A DNA stretch of 62,111 nt, counting the filler. It is 3 parts of 3 records of this genome, joined end to end, with 100 filler letters (N's around TTAATTAATTAA, not from the genome) between each part and the next. Parts side by side here need not be neighbours in the genome. Positions count along the whole stretch, not along the records: positions 39,617 to 62,111 come from SRR20825010_2884; 2 more parts are not named here. One strand, given 5' to 3'. Below the pieces are notes generated by a model. The model was not told the DNA's origin. It made no database searches and was given only the letters and a program-made list of their open reading frames with translations. A program made the position numbers and the translations under genes. Positions within the stretch are counted from its first letter, which is position 1, and the number at the start of each line of letters is the position of its first letter. Below, one piece after another: positions 57,473 to 62,111 of this stretch.

Positions 57473-59724
57473 GAGCGCATGTTGAACACACGGATGTTCT
57501 TCCGCCGGAAGCAGCCAGCGCAATCCCCGATCCGTTGATGCAAGGTATCGGAGCCGGGAACAGCTTCGAGCAACGCGTCCAGGAGCTGATGAGCCCAGCG
57601 CTTCAAAATCGCGCGAAAACGTCGGATCTGGCCGGGTGCCTGCCGGCGCTGGTCACCGCCCTCGGTTGGGCTGGCGTGTCACGGCAACTGCTGGAAGCGA
57701 TGCCTGTCGAAGGAACGCCCTTTGATCTGGTCGACTTAACCAGCACGCTAAACCGGCTTGGTTTCTCTTCCCGTCGGGCCAGTCTCAACTGGAATCAGGC
57801 CGTTATCGAGGCCCCTGCCCTCTGGCTGCGAAAAAATGCCCCTGCGGCAGTCATCCTTGATCAGGCCGACAAGGGGGTGCTGATCTATGACCCCGTCACG
57901 GGTCAGCAGACCATCGTCGATCGTCCCATAGAGGCTGTCGACGCCATGGTCTTTATCGACACCAGATCCGCTCAGGGAGGATTTCAGTCGGAAGCCCGCC
58001 GCAAAAGCGGCTGGTTCAGCACGATTTTCTCAAAGTTCATGCACCCGATCGGCGCGGCTTTCGCTCTTGGGTTTTTCATAAATATTCTGGCGCTCGCGAT
58101 ACCGCTATACGTGATGACCGTCTATGACCGGATCATTGCGACAGGAGATCGAGATGGCATATGGCTGCTGGCTCTGGGGATCGGTCTCGCGGTCCTGTCC
58201 GACCTGGCCCTACGGAACATCCGCATGCGGATCCAGGTGTTCGTTTCCGCGCGGTTGAACTATCTGGTCGGCTCACAAGTTCTGGGTCACATGCTGGGGC
58301 TTTCGCTCGCCCTACTGGAGCGCGCCGGCGTCACGGCACAGATTGCAAGAATGAGGGATCTGGAACGGGTACGCAGCGTACTCGCCGGTCCGTTGACGAC
58401 GGCAATGCTTGAGCTGCCCGTGCTCATCATCTTCGTGGTCACCATCGCATTGGTCGCGGGCTGGATTGCCGTGGTGCCGGTTGCATCGGCCATTGTCCTG
58501 GCCCTTGCTGCCCTGTTTTACAACTGGATCATCAACAACAGGTCTTCGGACAGCGCACAGGCAGGCGTTCGCCGACAGATGTTGGTGGTCGAGGCGCTGG
58601 ATAAGATGCGTTCCATCCGGGTGACCGGCGCGGAAGCCGTCTTCCGGAGGCGGTTCAAGGAATTGTCCGCAGCGTCCATTGCAAGAAATTTCGCACAAAT
58701 CAAGACTGCCGCGATAGCGCAGAGCTTTGGGCAATTCGCGTTGATGCTCAGTATGCTCTGCCTGCTGGCACTGGGCGTCAGCGGCGTCCTCAATGAGCAA
58801 ATGACTCCCGGCGCGCTTATCGCGGTGATGATGCTGGGTTGGCGCGTGCAAACCCCGCTGCAGTCAGCGTTTGTGGCATCGACCAGACTCTTCCAGGTCT
58901 TTTCATCGATCCGGCAGATCGATGGACTTATGGCTCTTCAGCCGGAGCGTCCCGCCGATGTGGAGGGTACCGCGCTTGAAGGTGTTCAAGGCCGGATCAC
59001 GCTCGACATGGTGACTTTCAAACCAGCGGCGGACCTGACGCCGGTGCTGATGAATGTCGCCATGGACATCAAACCGGGTGAGCTGATTGCCGTGACCGGG
59101 CCGAACGGCATGGGTAACTCAAACCTGCTGGAACTGATTGCCGGCCTGCACACTCCTCAGGGTGGAGCCATCCGGATCGATGGGCGTGACGTTCGGCAGT
59201 TCGATCCATCCGAGTTACGCCAGATTATTGCCTATGCACCTCATTCGCCCGAGCTGTTCGACGCCACCATCGGTGAAAACCTCCGCCTTGCAGCCCCCAC
59301 GGCCACGGACCAGGATTTGGAAGAGGCCTTGGACCTCGCCGGCATTCGTGATCTCGTGCTGTCCCTGCCGGAAGGACTTGATACGCAAGTCTATTCCGGC
59401 GGCACCAGCAAACTGCAATCCAGCTTGCTCGGACAACTCTCCCTTGCCCGTTCATATGTTCGCAAGGCGCCCATTCTGTTGCTGGACGAGCCAGTAGGAA
59501 GCTTTGACTTCGAAGGCGAGTTCGCATTCGTGGATGCCCTGAGCCAGCTTCGCGGCAAGGCCACGATTGTCCTCGTAACCTATCGCCCGAGCCATATCCG
59601 TCTGGCTGACCGGGTTCTGGTCATGAAAGACGGAGCATCCCGCTATTTCGGCCCTCCTGGCCCGGTGATCGAAAAGCTCACCGAGGCGTTTAGCGGCGAA
59701 ATCCAGAAGGAAATCACGTCATGA
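57469..59724 (+). CDS. Type I secretion ABC transporter subunit 2 (C39-like N-domain, degenerate ATPase)
   Basis: MTVYDRII; Walker A GPNGMGNS (Lys lost); H-loop VTYRPS; ATGA overlap. Confidence 0.88.
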   Translation: MRAHVEHTDVLPPEAASAIPDPLMQGIGAGNSFEQRVQELMSPALQNRAKTSDLAGCLPALVTALGWAGVSRQLLEAMPVEGTPFDLVDLTSTLNRLGFSSRRASLNWNQAVIEAPALWLRKNAPAAVILDQADKGVLIYDPVTGQQTIVDRPIEAVDAMVFIDTRSAQGGFQSEARRKSGWFSTIFSKFMHPIGAAFALGFFINILALAIPLYVMTVYDRIIATGDRDGIWLLALGIGLAVLSDLALRNIRMRIQVFVSARLNYLVGSQVLGHMLGLSLALLERAGVTAQIARMRDLERVRSVLAGPLTTAMLELPVLIIFVVTIALVAGWIAVVPVASAIVLALAALFYNWIINNRSSDSAQAGVRRQMLVVEALDKMRSIRVTGAEAVFRRRFKELSAASIARNFAQIKTAAIAQSFGQFALMLSMLCLLALGVSGVLNEQMTPGALIAVMMLGWRVQTPLQSAFVASTRLFQVFSSIRQIDGLMALQPERPADVEGTALEGVQGRITLDMVTFKPAADLTPVLMNVAMDIKPGELIAVTGPNGMGNSNLLELIAGLHTPQGGAIRIDGRDVRQFDPSELRQIIAYAPHSPELFDATIGENLRLAAPTATDQDLEEALDLAGIRDLVLSLPEGLDTQVYSGGTSKLQSSLLGQLSLARSYVRKAPILLLDEPVGSFDFEGEFAFVDALSQLRGKATIVLVTYRPSHIRLADRVLVMKDGASRYFGPPGPVIEKLTEAFSGEIQKEITS

Positions 59725-61064
59725 ATAATGCCACAAAACTGCTTCCGCCAGGCCGTGGAAACCGTTCTCTGACCAGTCTTGACGTGGCCCCTTCCATCAG
59801 TGACGCGGGCTCGACAAAACTGATCCGGTTCGGGATCTTTGTCGTCGCCTTGACGATGGTGCTGTTCATCAGTTGGTCCGCTGTGACCGAGGTCAATGAA
59901 ACGGCGGTGACCGTAGGTGCCGTGGTGCCGGCCGGCAATGTTGTGCCCATACAGCACCTGGAAGGCGGGATCATCGAGCAGACCCTTGTCAAGGAAGGCG
60001 ATATCGTCGAGATAGGACAACCGATCGTCCGCATGGCGGCATCTGCGGCCCAGGCAGACCTGGAGCGAATGGGTGCCCGCCTCATTGCCCTTTCGCTCGA
60101 AGAAGAACGTCTGCGTGCGTTGGCTGAATCCCGCCCTCCGCAGTTTCTCGCCGTTCCTGCCAAATTCCAGCCTCTCGTTGACGATCAGCAGGACATTCTC
60201 GCATCCCAGATCGAAGCACGGGACAAGAGCAAAGAAGTCCTGGCCAGCCGGGTGCGCGAAATCGAGGCCCAGATAGAAACCGGCCAGCAAGACATGAAGA
60301 ATGCACAGCATGTCGCCATCTTGCTCGAAGAAGAGATGAAAATCAGGGCCGGTCTAACCGAAAAAGGCCTCAGCCCCCGGGTGACGCTCCTCGCCACCCA
60401 AATCAAGCTCGCCGAGGCTCAAGGGCGTTCCGAACGGTTAAGGAACGAGCAGGCACAGTTGCGGGAATCATTGCAGGAATCCCGCCAGGAACTGGACGAG
60501 TTCCTTTCCCAGTTCCGGTCGGATTCTCTTGCCGACGCCGGCTCCGTCGCAGGCCAGCGCGTCGAGGTAGAGGAAATGATCGAAAGCCTGACGGACAGGG
60601 TCAACCGGCTGGACGTCGTTTCTCCTGTCCGCGGCATCGTACAAAGCCTGCCGGTAAAGAATATCGGAACGGTCCTGGCCCCGGGCGGGCTGATTGCTGA
60701 AATCGTCCCGGTTGACGGAGCCCTCGTTGTCGAAAACCGCATCTCGCCAAGGGATGTCGGCTTCGTTCAGCTCGGCCAGTCAGTGGATGTGAAAGTCCAT
60801 ACTTTTGATTTCACCAGGCTCGGGGCCGTCCCTGGTGAATTGGCATATGTCTCCGCGACGACGTTTCTGGATGAAAACCAGGAACCTTATTACCAAGGTC
60901 GCGTCATTCTCAAGAAGTCATATGTCGGTGAAAATAATGAAAAAAACAAACTCCTCCCCGGAATGACCGTTCAAGCCGACATTCAAACGGGGAGAAAAAC
61001 AATTCTCCAATACCTTCTTAAGCCTATCTACACAAATATTGATCAAGCTATGAGCGAAAGATGA
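59721..61064 (+). CDS. HlyD family type I secretion adaptor
   Basis: IQHLEGGII..LVKEGD; SPVRG; PGMTVQADIQTG..TILQYLLKP. Confidence 0.95.
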   Translation: MNNATKLLPPGRGNRSLTSLDVAPSISDAGSTKLIRFGIFVVALTMVLFISWSAVTEVNETAVTVGAVVPAGNVVPIQHLEGGIIEQTLVKEGDIVEIGQPIVRMAASAAQADLERMGARLIALSLEEERLRALAESRPPQFLAVPAKFQPLVDDQQDILASQIEARDKSKEVLASRVREIEAQIETGQQDMKNAQHVAILLEEEMKIRAGLTEKGLSPRVTLLATQIKLAEAQGRSERLRNEQAQLRESLQESRQELDEFLSQFRSDSLADAGSVAGQRVEVEEMIESLTDRVNRLDVVSPVRGIVQSLPVKNIGTVLAPGGLIAEIVPVDGALVVENRISPRDVGFVQLGQSVDVKVHTFDFTRLGAVPGELAYVSATTFLDENQEPYYQGRVILKKSYVGENNEKNKLLPGMTVQADIQTGRKTILQYLLKPIYTNIDQAMSER

Positions 61065-61142
61065 GTAGCTGAAAATCAGGACAAAAAATCAACACGTTAC
61101 TGATTTTTTCAGCCCCGATACTCTGAGAAGAAAGACAGCCCA

Positions 61143-62111
61143 ATGGCAAAAGATCCCGTACGCGTATCCGCATCCGCTTCGACCAACCTGAAGCAGAACC
61201 CGCTTGACGCCCTGGAACGGAAAGTTCTCCCGGGAGATGAGAACGCGGAAGATCGCCAGCGGACGAACGATCTGCTGCACACCGGCTCGAACAAGGAGCA
61301 AATCGCCAAGGGCTCGGAACGCGAAGATGAAGGCGCATCCCAACCGGGCGCACTGGATCTTGCGGAAGGCGGCGCGGGACGGTCTGGCTCTACATCATTA
61401 CGAACTGCGGGAGGGCGCTCGACAGCGGCATCGTCCTCAATCGAAGGCGCACCGATCAGCAGCCCCGATGCTTCGGCAACATCTGCGGAACAAGCAACGG
61501 CCCGAGAGGTCCAGGATGACAATACTCTTGGGCGTCCCGATACAGCCTCCCAATCAGAACAGGAGACTTCTTCATCCTCGAGACAGAGTGGCGCTACGGG
61601 ATCGGGAGCCGGCGGAAGCGCCTCCGGTCCAGGAACAGGTGAAGACAGCGGCGGGACACCAGGCGGCGGAATTGCCGGAGAGAGCTCTCTCCAGGCACCT
61701 GATCTGACCACGAGCAATACCGATGGTCTGGAAGATACGGCTATTGAGCTCAACCTGTCCGTCTCCGAGGACACATCCTCGGTAACGATTTCCGGCATCC
61801 CCGAAGGCGCAGTGCTCTCTGCGGGCACGTCCAACGCGGACGGCAGCTGGACATTGACGCCAGATCAGCTCGATGGCCTTACGATCACACCGCCTGCAGA
61901 CTTCTCCGGTGACATAAGCCTCACAGTCACGGCGACAATAATCGACGAGAGCGGCAACACGGCAACGACGACCGATGGCCTGACGGTCACCGTTGAAGCG
62001 GTTGCGGATGCGCCTGTGCTTGCGGTGACGCCCGCTTCTGGCACAGAAGACAGCCCTATCGCACTGGATCTCGATGCCCGGCTGACCGATCTCGACGGCT
62101 CCGAGAGCCTG
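61143..62111 (+). CDS. Large repetitive surface protein/adhesin (3' truncated; absent from the ORF track)
   Basis: Open frame from the ATG at 61143 to the window end: MAKDPVRV..., Ser/Gly-rich linker, then repeats GLEDTAIEL...GIPEGAVLSAG...DGSWTLT...VEAVADAP...GTEDSPIAL...DLDGSESL. Confidence 0.85.
   Translation, partial: MAKDPVRVSASASTNLKQNPLDALERKVLPGDENAEDRQRTNDLLHTGSNKEQIAKGSEREDEGASQPGALDLAEGGAGRSGSTSLRTAGGRSTAASSSIEGAPISSPDASATSAEQATAREVQDDNTLGRPDTASQSEQETSSSSRQSGATGSGAGGSASGPGTGEDSGGTPGGGIAGESSLQAPDLTTSNTDGLEDTAIELNLSVSEDTSSVTISGIPEGAVLSAGTSNADGSWTLTPDQLDGLTITPPADFSGDISLTVTATIIDESGNTATTTDGLTVTVEAVADAPVLAVTPASGTEDSPIALDLDARLTDLDGSESL

Noticed and set aside
1-62111. CRISPR arrays, rRNA, transposases, integrases, defence systems
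   Set aside because: No regularly spaced repeats or diagnostic protein motifs seen

Overview
Alphaproteobacterial DNA made of three contig pieces joined by artificial 100-bp spacers (44 N + TTAATTAATTAA + 44 N, at 19214-19313 and 39517-39616), so adjacency across the spacers carries no meaning. Segment 1 (1-19213) is a Caulobacter/Rhizobiales-type flagellar cluster: flgE-flgK-flgL, flaF, flbT, two flagellins, a TPR-glycosyltransferase (FlmG-like), flbY-flgJ-flgI, fliX, dksA, flgH-flgA-flgG-flgF, fliL and a truncated fliM. Its sigma54, IHF, ftr-like and CtrA sites are readable. Segment 2 (19314-39516) holds an ArsR-ArsP pair, cysE, an IclR regulator, a sugar epimerase with two tandem TIGR04372-like glycosyltransferases, an OmpR/EnvZ-type pair divergent from a MipA/OmpV barrel next to tRNA-Leu(CAA), mnmA, an MCP, and a reduced Rrf2-cysteine desulfurase-ferredoxin-tenA unit. 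Segment 3 (39617-62111) carries a near-perfect XerCD dif site (41099-41126). The dif site is followed by the most interesting block, a self-contained envelope module: PRC-barrel protein, ECF sigma factor, lipoprotein, Tat-type OpgD/G, an antisense-oriented small protein carrying a motif that normally sits at the OpgH N-terminus, OpgH, and a lipoprotein + ChvI-like + ChvG-like triad. Four of its genes share an ECF-type promoter, GRAATW-N16/17-GTCTW. The segment ends with a hybrid kinase, a REC-PP2C phosphatase and a twin-ABC type I secretion system with the start of a large repeat adhesin. All calls come from motif recognition by eye; no database searches were run.
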